From Candidatus Micrarchaeota archaeon (GTDB taxonomy: Archaea; Micrarchaeota; Micrarchaeia; Micrarchaeales; Micrarchaeaceae), in assembly GCA_021790455.1 (NCBI GenBank), contig JAJYDY010000001.1, positions 1 through 51,276 of the forward strand: a DNA stretch of 51,276 nucleotides, given 5' to 3'. The translations under genes and the position numbers were made by a program. The notes below the pieces were generated by a model. It was not told the origin of the DNA. It was given only the letters and a program-made list of their open reading frames with translations, and searched no databases. This document shows, one piece after another, positions 33,971 to 41,924 of the stretch. The stretch's first letter is position 1, and every line of letters starts with the position of its first letter.

Positions 33971-35059
33971 TTGGCATACAAGATAACACTCATCCATGGG
34001 GACGGAATAGGTCCAGAGGTTTCTAGAGCGGCGCAGATGTGCGTGGATGCTGCCTCTGAAAGATTCGGCTTCGATGTCGACTGGGAGGAAATGCCAGCAG
34101 GCGAGGAGGCAGGAAAGAGGTATGGAAGCGTGCTTCCTGAAGAAACGCTCAAGTCGGTAAGGGAGAACAAGGTTGCACTAAAGGGCCCGATTACTACACC
34201 AATCGGATCCGGATTCAGGAGCGTGAATGTGGATCTGCGGCAGAAGCTGGATCTCTTTGCAAACGTCAGGCCTGCAAAGCTCATCCCGGGAGTCGAATCG
34301 AGATATTCTGATGTAGATCTCATAGTGATCCGGGAGAACACCGAGGACTTGTATGCCGGCATAGAGTTTGATGAAGGAACGAAAGCAACGAGCGATCTTA
34401 TCTCATTCGCTGAGAAGAATACCGGAAAGAGGATAAGGAAGGATAGCGCGATATCGCTCAAGCCAATATCGATATTCGGTAGCAGGAGGATAGCAAAGTT
34501 CGCTTTCGATTATGCGAAGGCAAATAAAAGAAAGAAGGTAACTGCGGTGCACAAGGCAAACATAATGAAGTATTCCGATGGCCTTTTCCTAAAGTCGGTG
34601 CAGGATGTGGCGAAGAAATATCCATCGATCGGATTTGAGGATAGGATAGTAGACAACATGTGCATGCAGCTCGTGATAAAGCCTGAGCTGTATGACGTAC
34701 TGGTTTGCCCAAACCTTTATGGCGATATTGTATCAGACCTCTGTTCTGGATTGGTGGGAGGGCTCGGGGTCGCACCAAGCGCGAACATCGGAGAAAAATA
34801 TGCCGTTTTCGAGCCGATACACGGAAGCGCGCCTAAACATGCCGGAAAAGATGAAGCCAATCCGACAGCGTGCATACTCAGTGCTGTGATGATGCTCGAG
34901 TACATAGGGGAGAAGAAGGCCGCTGCTGCGCTCGAGAAGGCAGTGGTAGAGGTGATAAGGAAGGGGAAGAAGGTCACTTATGACCTGAATCAAAGAAGGC
35001 ACGTTGGCACGGGGGAGATGACGAAGGAAATAGTCAGGGAGATGGGAGGAAGTGCATGA
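33971..35059 (+). CDS. icd: Isocitrate dehydrogenase (isocitrate/isopropylmalate dehydrogenase family)
   Basis: TTG start. KGPITTPIGSGFRSVNVDLRQKLDLFANVRP...IVIRENTEDLYAGIEF closely parallels the E. coli Icd substrate-binding region. Homoisocitrate or IPM specificity cannot be excluded. Confidence 0.8.
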   Translation: MAYKITLIHGDGIGPEVSRAAQMCVDAASERFGFDVDWEEMPAGEEAGKRYGSVLPEETLKSVRENKVALKGPITTPIGSGFRSVNVDLRQKLDLFANVRPAKLIPGVESRYSDVDLIVIRENTEDLYAGIEFDEGTKATSDLISFAEKNTGKRIRKDSAISLKPISIFGSRRIAKFAFDYAKANKRKKVTAVHKANIMKYSDGLFLKSVQDVAKKYPSIGFEDRIVDNMCMQLVIKPELYDVLVCPNLYGDIVSDLCSGLVGGLGVAPSANIGEKYAVFEPIHGSAPKHAGKDEANPTACILSAVMMLEYIGEKKAAAALEKAVVEVIRKGKKVTYDLNQRRHVGTGEMTKEIVREMGGSA

Positions 35060-36429
35060 CTATAGCGAGAGACCTTGCTAGGTACGTAAGTTCTGTTAGC
35101 TTCAGCGACCTCTCCAGGGAAACTGTACACAGCGCAAAGAGATCGCTGGTAGATACTTTTGGATGTGCGATTGGCGCGTTCAATGCTGAGCCGGCAAGGA
35201 TAGCAAGGGAGACGCTCAAGGGTGTAGAATCGAGACATTCTGCAACGATACTTGGAACGCACTACAAGACGGATGCGTCGTTCGCAGCATTTGTAAACGG
35301 GACGATGGCAAGATATTTCGATTATAATGACACGTACGATGGCAAGGAGTTCGCGCACCCCAGCGACAACATATTCCCAATCCTTGCGGTGGTGGAGGCG
35401 CAGAAAGGCACGGGAAAGGACGCGGTCCTGGGCATAGCGCTCGCGTATGAGCTGCAGTGCAGACTGGCTGACGCAGCAAGCCTGTGGAAGCATGGATGGG
35501 ACCATGTAACATATGGGTTGGTCTCTGTCAGCGCGGTGGCGGCGCGGCTAATGGGATTGGGGGAGGAAAAGATAGAGCAAGCAATAAACATCGCACTCAA
35601 TTCGCATATCACAATGAGGCAGGTAAGGGCTGGTGAGCTCTCGATGTGGAAAGCCCCTGCGTTTGCCAACTCGGCAAGGAATGCCATATTCGCAGCAGAG
35701 CTCGCAAGGAATGGGATGACAGGACCTTCCCCCGTCTTCGAGGGTGAAGATGGATTCTGGAAACTCGTGACTGGAAAGTTCGACCTTGACACCAGAAAGT
35801 TCGGAAACAGGAGGAATAAATTTAAGATAGGGCAGAATCTCTTCAAATACTATCCGGCGGAGACGCGTGCGCAGACTGCAATATCCTCAGCAATCGAAGC
35901 CGAAAAAAGTATAAGAGGTGTTGATGCGATAAAGAGCGTTGTTGTGGAAACAAATGAGGCTGGCTATAAGATTCTTGGGAAAGACCCAGAGAAGTGGCAT
36001 CCCGCGACAAAGGAGACTGCTGACCACAGCCTCCCATATCTTGTTGCTGTCGCGCTCCTAGACAAGGACATAAACCTCTCTTCGACAAGCGAAAGGCGAA
36101 TCGGCGATAGGAAGACCTTGGATCTTATGAAGAGGATACGCGTAGTCGAAAACAGGAGGTACACCGCTTTATTCAACAAAGGAGGGACCGTAAACGCTGC
36201 CGGAATACGGATTATTTTGAAGGATGGAAGCAGCGTCCATAAAGAGCAGATTTATTCAAGAGGGCATCCGAAGAACCCAATGAGCGACGAAGAGCTCGCT
36301 GAAAAGTTCATCGGCTTGTCTTCTGATGTGATGAGCAGGAGCAGGGCAGAGTACGTCATTGAAACTATCTGGAAGATCGAAAAGATTGACGGCATCGGGC
36401 GGCTCTTCTCGATAGCCGTACTGTCCTGA
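35056..36429 (+). CDS. MmgE/PrpD-family dehydratase (2-methylcitrate dehydratase-like)
   Basis: 457 aa with family-typical length and N-terminal pattern (ARYVSSVSFSDLSRETVHSAKRSLVDTFGCAIGA...). ATGA overlap with icd. Family call is from memory of the general pattern. Confidence 0.78.
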   Translation: MTIARDLARYVSSVSFSDLSRETVHSAKRSLVDTFGCAIGAFNAEPARIARETLKGVESRHSATILGTHYKTDASFAAFVNGTMARYFDYNDTYDGKEFAHPSDNIFPILAVVEAQKGTGKDAVLGIALAYELQCRLADAASLWKHGWDHVTYGLVSVSAVAARLMGLGEEKIEQAINIALNSHITMRQVRAGELSMWKAPAFANSARNAIFAAELARNGMTGPSPVFEGEDGFWKLVTGKFDLDTRKFGNRRNKFKIGQNLFKYYPAETRAQTAISSAIEAEKSIRGVDAIKSVVVETNEAGYKILGKDPEKWHPATKETADHSLPYLVAVALLDKDINLSSTSERRIGDRKTLDLMKRIRVVENRRYTALFNKGGTVNAAGIRIILKDGSSVHKEQIYSRGHPKNPMSDEELAEKFIGLSSDVMSRSRAEYVIETIWKIEKIDGIGRLFSIAVLS

Positions 36430-37263
36430 TTAGTGCTTGTAAGAAAACTTCTGTCCCTTCCAGATATCCGTATCCCCCCAAAGGCCAAGACGCCATGCGT
36501 TGTATTCGGTTATCTGGGTGTGGTCTATGAATAGGTTCACGTCCTTCCCTACGTTCTTGAGGTACCATTTGAAGACTTCGGGGTCTGCTGCTTCGAACAT
36601 CCACGTGCTGTAGCCGAATTCTTTTATCAGCCTCTTGATTATGTCGGTCCGCCACTCCTTTGGTGGCAGGTCTTCTGTTATTCCCTCCGACTCCATCATT
36701 ATCTCCTTTGCCCCGGCGGCGATGTGCATCTTCGCCTCCTTTATTGCCTCGCTGATTGGCTTCATCTTGCGCTCGTAGCCTACCATATGTGTACCTGCAC
36801 CTGCGCCGCGCATGAGCGTGATTTCAGGCTTTGGCCTAAGTCCTATGCTTCTGACCCGCCTAACCATGGCTACCTTGTCCTCCAGAGTCATGCTTGCCAC
36901 AAAACCATTGGATATCTCAATCACATCGAAGCCGAGCTCTTTGCACTCATCAAAGTATTTGTCTACTGCCCTGGACCCATCGACGGTCACCCTTTCAACA
37001 AACCCGCCGGTGGACACGTAGATGTCGCGGTCGTGCGCCATCTTGATTATCTCACGCACCGTGCTCTTTGGAAGAAGCATATGAGTGCCGCACGCGAACT
37101 TGAAGCCGTCGAAATACTCACTCCATTCATCAAGGACCTCCCTGATGTACGTCTTTGTGACGACAGAATTGTAGTAAGGTATTCTGACTTCCGTCTTCCA
37201 TGATTTCCTTGGCTTCTTTGGAAGCTCGCCTATCTTTACGTAGTCGTACGCATGTATTCTCAT
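36430..37263 (-). CDS. Phosphosulfolactate synthase (ComA)-family protein
   Basis: Three blocks match the remembered M. jannaschii ComA. EYFDGFKFACGTH matches DYIDFVKFGWGTS. YFDECKELGFDVIEISNGF matches FFDECEKLGFEAVEISDGS. FEAADPEVFKWYLKNVGKDVNLF matches FEAPQKSQQVAFILKFGSSVNLA. Confidence 0.8.
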   Translation of the reverse strand: MRIHAYDYVKIGELPKKPRKSWKTEVRIPYYNSVVTKTYIREVLDEWSEYFDGFKFACGTHMLLPKSTVREIIKMAHDRDIYVSTGGFVERVTVDGSRAVDKYFDECKELGFDVIEISNGFVASMTLEDKVAMVRRVRSIGLRPKPEITLMRGAGAGTHMVGYERKMKPISEAIKEAKMHIAAGAKEIMMESEGITEDLPPKEWRTDIIKRLIKEFGYSTWMFEAADPEVFKWYLKNVGKDVNLFIDHTQITEYNAWRLGLWGDTDIWKGQKFSYKH

Positions 37264-38594
37264 CTCTCCACCTTTTCCGCATTTACCTTCTTCACAGAAC
37301 CTTCGAGTATGTCAAAACCTTCCTCAAGCGCTTTTTCGCTTATAGTTATCGGCGGGATTATCCTTATCGCTGACGTGCCTGCAGGAAGCAGCAGCAGTCC
37401 ATTATAGAAGCTGTCCTCTACTATCTTGGTCCTCTCCTCGATGGCGTGCTCCTTTGTCCTTTTGTCCTTCACAAGCTCTATGGCAAGCATCATGCCAAGA
37501 CCTCTCACATCTCCAACGATCTCATAATTATCCCTAAGTTCGTTGAGCCTTTTCATCATTATCCTGTTCTTCCTTTTTACCATTGACTCGATGCCCGTCT
37601 TGTTCTTCTTTATGTAATCAAGCGTTGCGCTTGCAGCCGCTACCGCTACAAGGTTGCCGCCGAACGTACCTGCGTGCGAGCCTGATGGCGTGTCCCCAAA
37701 TGAGCGCTTTGCGATTGTCGCCCCCATGGGAAGCCCTCCGCCTATGGCCTTTGCCATTGTATAAATATCGGCGGTAACGCCGAAGTTGTCCATTGCCAGG
37801 AACTTGCCGGTCCTCATATATCCAGCCTGCACTTCATCAGATACTAGGATTATGTTGTTCTCGTCGGCTATCCGCCTCAGCTCCTTCATGAATATCCTTG
37901 GTGGCACTATATAGCCGCCCTCTCCCTGTATGGGCTCCACAAATATTGCTGCTATTTCCTTTGGAGAGTACTCCTTTGCCATTATGACTTTTTCAAGATG
38001 GTCTATGCACGCAAGTGCGTGTTCATCCGGATCGCTTGCATGGAACTGATCCCTGTAGAAGTTAGGATACAGGGAATGTATCGTATTTGGAAAGGGGCCA
38101 TAATGCTCCCTGTGCACAAGCTTTGTGGCAGTAAGGCCGAGCGATCCAAGGCTCCTGCCATGGAATGCGTTGGTGAACCCGACGAGATAGCTCCTCTTCG
38201 TGAACAGCCTTGCCAGCTTTATCGCGTCTTCGTTCGCCTCCGTTCCAGAGTTCGAAAGGAATACCCTTCCGAAGCCCTTTGGGAACATTGTCAATAGGTT
38301 CTCTGCGAACCTTACCGGCAGCTCTGCGTGATAGTCCAGGAAGGCAGCATGCATTAGCTTGTCTATTTGGTCCTTTGCCGCTTTCCTTACTGCTGCGCTG
38401 CCATTTACGCCGAAATTGTACACGCTTATGAAGCTTGAGAAGTCAAGGAACTTGTTGCCTTCCACGTCCCACGCATAGTCACCAGAGCCTTTTGCCGCAA
38501 CGAACGGATAGTGCTCGCGTGTGGTGGTGAACATTATCTTCTTATCCCTTGCTATAAGGTCGAATGTCGTCTTTGTGAGTTTTATTTTAGTCAT
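37260..38594 (-). CDS. Class III (omega-type) pyridoxal-phosphate aminotransferase
   Basis: SNSGTEANEDAIKLAR, VSDEVQAGYMRTGKF and the PLP-Lys context YTMAKAIGGGLPMGA. Substrate not assignable. Confidence 0.88.
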   Translation of the reverse strand: MTKIKLTKTTFDLIARDKKIMFTTTREHYPFVAAKGSGDYAWDVEGNKFLDFSSFISVYNFGVNGSAAVRKAAKDQIDKLMHAAFLDYHAELPVRFAENLLTMFPKGFGRVFLSNSGTEANEDAIKLARLFTKRSYLVGFTNAFHGRSLGSLGLTATKLVHREHYGPFPNTIHSLYPNFYRDQFHASDPDEHALACIDHLEKVIMAKEYSPKEIAAIFVEPIQGEGGYIVPPRIFMKELRRIADENNIILVSDEVQAGYMRTGKFLAMDNFGVTADIYTMAKAIGGGLPMGATIAKRSFGDTPSGSHAGTFGGNLVAVAAASATLDYIKKNKTGIESMVKRKNRIMMKRLNELRDNYEIVGDVRGLGMMLAIELVKDKRTKEHAIEERTKIVEDSFYNGLLLLPAGTSAIRIIPPITISEKALEEGFDILEGSVKKVNAEKVER

Positions 38595-38595
38595 T

Positions 38596-40020
38596 TCACT
38601 TACCCGACATCTTGTACTTAGCGTATTTGTAAAGCGCGGCTAGGGCTGCTGCTGCATCGTTTGGCGAGTCGTACACGGGAACGCCCTGGCTCTCCATTAC
38701 TGCGACATGCGACTTTGTATATGAACCCCCTGTGCTCACAGCAACAAGAGCCTTGTTCTTCATTGCCATGTACTTTGCCACGGTTTCGGCGACGCCCTCA
38801 TCAGCTCCCGGAGTCTGGAACAGGACTATTGCCATCACCATGTCTATGTTCTGATCATTGCTCAAAAGCTCGAATGCGTCAGAATAGCGCTTCCCATCTG
38901 CATCTCCGCCTATGTCCAGCGGAAGCCTTATGTTCACTATAGGCGGCATAACCTTCCTCAATGCAGCTTGCGTTGGCTTTGAGAGCTCGGGCAGCACGAG
39001 CCCGTTCTGATAGACTGCATCCGTTGCTATCACGCCGTGTCCGCCGCCATTTGTGATTATCGCGACCCTGTTTCCTTTCGGCAGCGGTTGGGTGTCGAAC
39101 ACCTTCGCGAAATAGAGCAGTTCTTCCAACGATCTGGCAATCGTGAATCCGAACTGCTCAAATACCGCTTCGTATGCCTGCGCGCTGCCGGCGAGAGACG
39201 CGGTGTGCGAGTGCGCAGCGCCCGCACCGGATTCCGTAACGCCCCCTTTGAGTATGACGATAGGCTTTATTTTCGTTGTCTTCTTTGCAACTTCTATGAA
39301 TTCCTTGCCCCGCTTAACCCCTTCCAGATAAAAGACTATCACCTTTGTATCCGGATCGTGCGCAAGGAAATTGAGTATGTCTACCTCGTCTACGACAGCA
39401 GCGTTGCCATAGGATATGAATCGGGCTAGGCCAAGGCCTTCCCCGCTTATCAGGTCAAGCGTGGAGCTCCCGACCGAGCCGCTCTGTGAGACAAAGCTTA
39501 TTCCGCCGACGTTCGGCTTGTCTATCTTGAAGGTGGGCAGGAACAGCGTATCGCTCCTTGAGCGCGGATCCATCACCCCAAGGCAATTCGGGCCTATGAC
39601 AGGGAGCTTGTATTTCTTTGCTATCCTGACCAACTGCTCCTGAAGCTCGACATTCCCCACCTCTGCGAATCCAGCTGTCACTATTACCACTCCTTTCACC
39701 TTCGCCTTGCCGCACTCTTCCAGCGCCTTCGGCACTGCGGGAGCAGGGATCGATATGACAGCAAGGTCTATGGGCCGCCCGATATCCAGGATGCTTTTGT
39801 AAGCCTGGTGGCCCATTATCTTGCCTGTAGCGCTGATGTTGACAGGGTATAGGCCACCTGCGAATCCTGCGTCTATGTAGTTCTGCATTATTGCCTGCCC
39901 GACTTTGCCCTGTTTTTCTGAAGCCCCGATTATCGCCACGCACTTCGGATTCAGTATGTGCGTAAGGTCCGCATATTCTGTTTTGCCATTCATCGGTTCA
40001 CCATATTGTCCAGCCGCCAT
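38596..40020 (-). CDS. acdA: ADP-forming acyl-CoA synthetase, alpha (CoA-binding/ligase) subunit
   Basis: NPKCVAIIGASEKQGKVG CoA-binding N-terminus, VVIVTAGFAEVG and the phosphohistidine loop AAHSHTASLAGS. An alternative start at 39993 would remove the 23-nt overlap with the SDR gene. Confidence 0.85.
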   Translation of the reverse strand: MAAGQYGEPMNGKTEYADLTHILNPKCVAIIGASEKQGKVGQAIMQNYIDAGFAGGLYPVNISATGKIMGHQAYKSILDIGRPIDLAVISIPAPAVPKALEECGKAKVKGVVIVTAGFAEVGNVELQEQLVRIAKKYKLPVIGPNCLGVMDPRSRSDTLFLPTFKIDKPNVGGISFVSQSGSVGSSTLDLISGEGLGLARFISYGNAAVVDEVDILNFLAHDPDTKVIVFYLEGVKRGKEFIEVAKKTTKIKPIVILKGGVTESGAGAAHSHTASLAGSAQAYEAVFEQFGFTIARSLEELLYFAKVFDTQPLPKGNRVAIITNGGGHGVIATDAVYQNGLVLPELSKPTQAALRKVMPPIVNIRLPLDIGGDADGKRYSDAFELLSNDQNIDMVMAIVLFQTPGADEGVAETVAKYMAMKNKALVAVSTGGSYTKSHVAVMESQGVPVYDSPNDAAAALAALYKYAKYKMSGK

Positions 40021-40786
40021 CTACCGGAATCGTATGTCCGGTTACATAATCAGAAGCGTGCGAAGCCAGAAATAGCACGACGCCCTTTAGATCATCGTGC
40101 CTGCCCATCCTGTGCATAGGTACGAGCGATTCAACATGCTTTACGAATTCCCTGTCCTTGAACAGGCTCTTTGTTCCCTCGCTCGGGAAAGTCCCTGGCG
40201 CAATCGCGTTGACATTTATCCCGTATTTTGCGAATTCGACAGCGAGGCCCCTCGTGAGGTTCACGATTCCGCCCTTTGAGGCGTAATAGGACGGCATGTT
40301 CCATCCATCCGCTGCAACTAGCCCAAGCACACTTGAGAGATTGATTATCCTGCCGTACTTGTTCCTTGACATGTATTTCGCAGCTTCCCTTGACATTAGG
40401 AATGTGCTTGTCAGATTCTTCTCGATCTCGTTTGTCCAAGCATCCCTGCTGAATTTGAATGAAGGCGCATCCCCTGCTGTCACTCCAGAAGTACCAACGT
40501 TGTTCACAAGTATGTCTATCCTCCCATACTTTTCAAATACAGCCTTGCAGAACTTGGTTACCTGCTCCTCTTTTGTCACATCAACCTTCATGAAGAATAC
40601 TTCCGTTTTATGTTTCTTTTTCAACATCTGCGCAAGCTCTTTCAACTTGCTCACCCTCCTCGCGCATATCGCGAGTCTCGCGCCCTTCGATGCAAGAACG
40701 TCTGTAAATACCTGGCCAAGGCCGGCAGAGGCACCAGTTACTATCGCAACCTGCCCCTTTAATTCAAAAAGTTCATTAACGTCCAT
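39998..40786 (-). CDS. Short-chain dehydrogenase/reductase (SDR)
   Basis: TGASAGLGQ cofactor motif, NNVG, and catalytic S...YYASKGG. Confidence 0.88.
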   Translation of the reverse strand: MDVNELFELKGQVAIVTGASAGLGQVFTDVLASKGARLAICARRVSKLKELAQMLKKKHKTEVFFMKVDVTKEEQVTKFCKAVFEKYGRIDILVNNVGTSGVTAGDAPSFKFSRDAWTNEIEKNLTSTFLMSREAAKYMSRNKYGRIINLSSVLGLVAADGWNMPSYYASKGGIVNLTRGLAVEFAKYGINVNAIAPGTFPSEGTKSLFKDREFVKHVESLVPMHRMGRHDDLKGVVLFLASHASDYVTGHTIPVDGGWTIW

Positions 40787-40787
40787 G

Positions 40788-41243
40788 TCAGAGCACCCTT
40801 TGCCTATCTTCGCCGAACAGACTATTGTTGAAGTAGAAGAGTTTTGTTGGCGTCACCTTTACAAGCGCCTTTGCGCTCCTAAAATACTTCAGTGTTGCGC
40901 CACTCCACTTTACGTTCCTCTTGAAATATAAGTTATATGCCTTGAGCGTGTTTATCGGCCCCTTTACCCACTCTGCGTAGCCCTCTAACTGCACTCCCAC
41001 TTTTGGGCCAGTTATCTTTTGCTTAGTTGAATAGACTGCAACAGACACCTTTCTATTTTGTGAGATGTTTCGCATGTGCCTCGATTTAGGATTTGAAACA
41101 AAATACAGGTTGAAATCTCGATCATATGCGAATACTACTGGAGCAGTCCAAACGCCATCCTTTCCATGAGTTGCCAGTGCGCAATACAGAGTAGAATCCA
41201 TGCATTTCTTTCCCAGCTCATTTAGGTTTGTCATTTTTCTCAC
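40788..41243 (-). CDS. Pyridoxamine 5'-phosphate oxidase-like FMN-binding split-barrel protein
   Basis: 151 aa. CALATHGKDGVWTAPVVFAYDRDFNLYFVSNPKSRHMRNISQNRKVSVAVY fits the PNPOx-like/general stress protein 26-type pattern. Confidence 0.6.
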   Translation of the reverse strand: MRKMTNLNELGKKCMDSTLYCALATHGKDGVWTAPVVFAYDRDFNLYFVSNPKSRHMRNISQNRKVSVAVYSTKQKITGPKVGVQLEGYAEWVKGPINTLKAYNLYFKRNVKWSGATLKYFRSAKALVKVTPTKLFYFNNSLFGEDRQRVL

Positions 41244-41866
41244 TCCAGCATTCTCAGGTCTACCGCATCGTAGGTGCCGTTATGCAATATTATCGGGTTT
41301 AGATCCAGCTCCTGCATCTTGCTGGCAGCAAACATCTTCGACACTTTCAATAGAAGGTCTTCCAGCATCTTTGCTGACTTTTCATCCGGCGCGATTATCT
41401 TCCTTGACTTCAGCTGTTCCAGCATAGACCGCGCATCGCTCCTTGTTATTGGACACGTCCTTAGCGCAAAATCCTTAAAAGTTTCGACGTAGATCCCTCC
41501 CAGGCCCAGCAGTACCATCTTTCCGAACTGTGGATCCGTATTTCCTCCCATTATTATCTCTATGCCTTCCTTCACCATCCTCTGCGCGAGTATCTTGTAC
41601 GGCTTGAATTTCGAAGCCCTCTTTGACAGGTCCCTGAATCCCTCAGTTATCTCCTTGTCTGAAGAAAGGCCGAGGAGGACGAGGCCGCTCTTCGCCTTGT
41701 GCAGCGCCTTGCCTGAGATGGCTTTGAGCACTATCGGTTTGCCGGCTGCGAATTTTATCGCATCCCCATAAGAGGAAACATACTTACTCTCTATCGATTT
41801 TATCCTGTATTTTGCAAGAAGATGCTGCGCCCTATCGTAATCGAACAGTCTAGGCAATCTCACCAC
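41240..41866 (-). CDS. acdB: ADP-forming acyl-CoA synthetase, beta (ATP-grasp) subunit
   Basis: 208 aa. PIVLKAISGKALHKAKSGLVLLGL, ILAQRMVKEGIEIIMGG and GLGGIYVETFKD are typical of the AcdB ATP-grasp half. ATGA overlap with the next gene. Confidence 0.75.
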   Translation of the reverse strand: MVRLPRLFDYDRAQHLLAKYRIKSIESKYVSSYGDAIKFAAGKPIVLKAISGKALHKAKSGLVLLGLSSDKEITEGFRDLSKRASKFKPYKILAQRMVKEGIEIIMGGNTDPQFGKMVLLGLGGIYVETFKDFALRTCPITRSDARSMLEQLKSRKIIAPDEKSAKMLEDLLLKVSKMFAASKMQELDLNPIILHNGTYDAVDLRMLE

Positions 41867-41924
41867 TAAAAGTGATAAACAGAAGCATTATTTATTCCTT
41901 TTTATCCCTGTTTTAACCGGTCAT

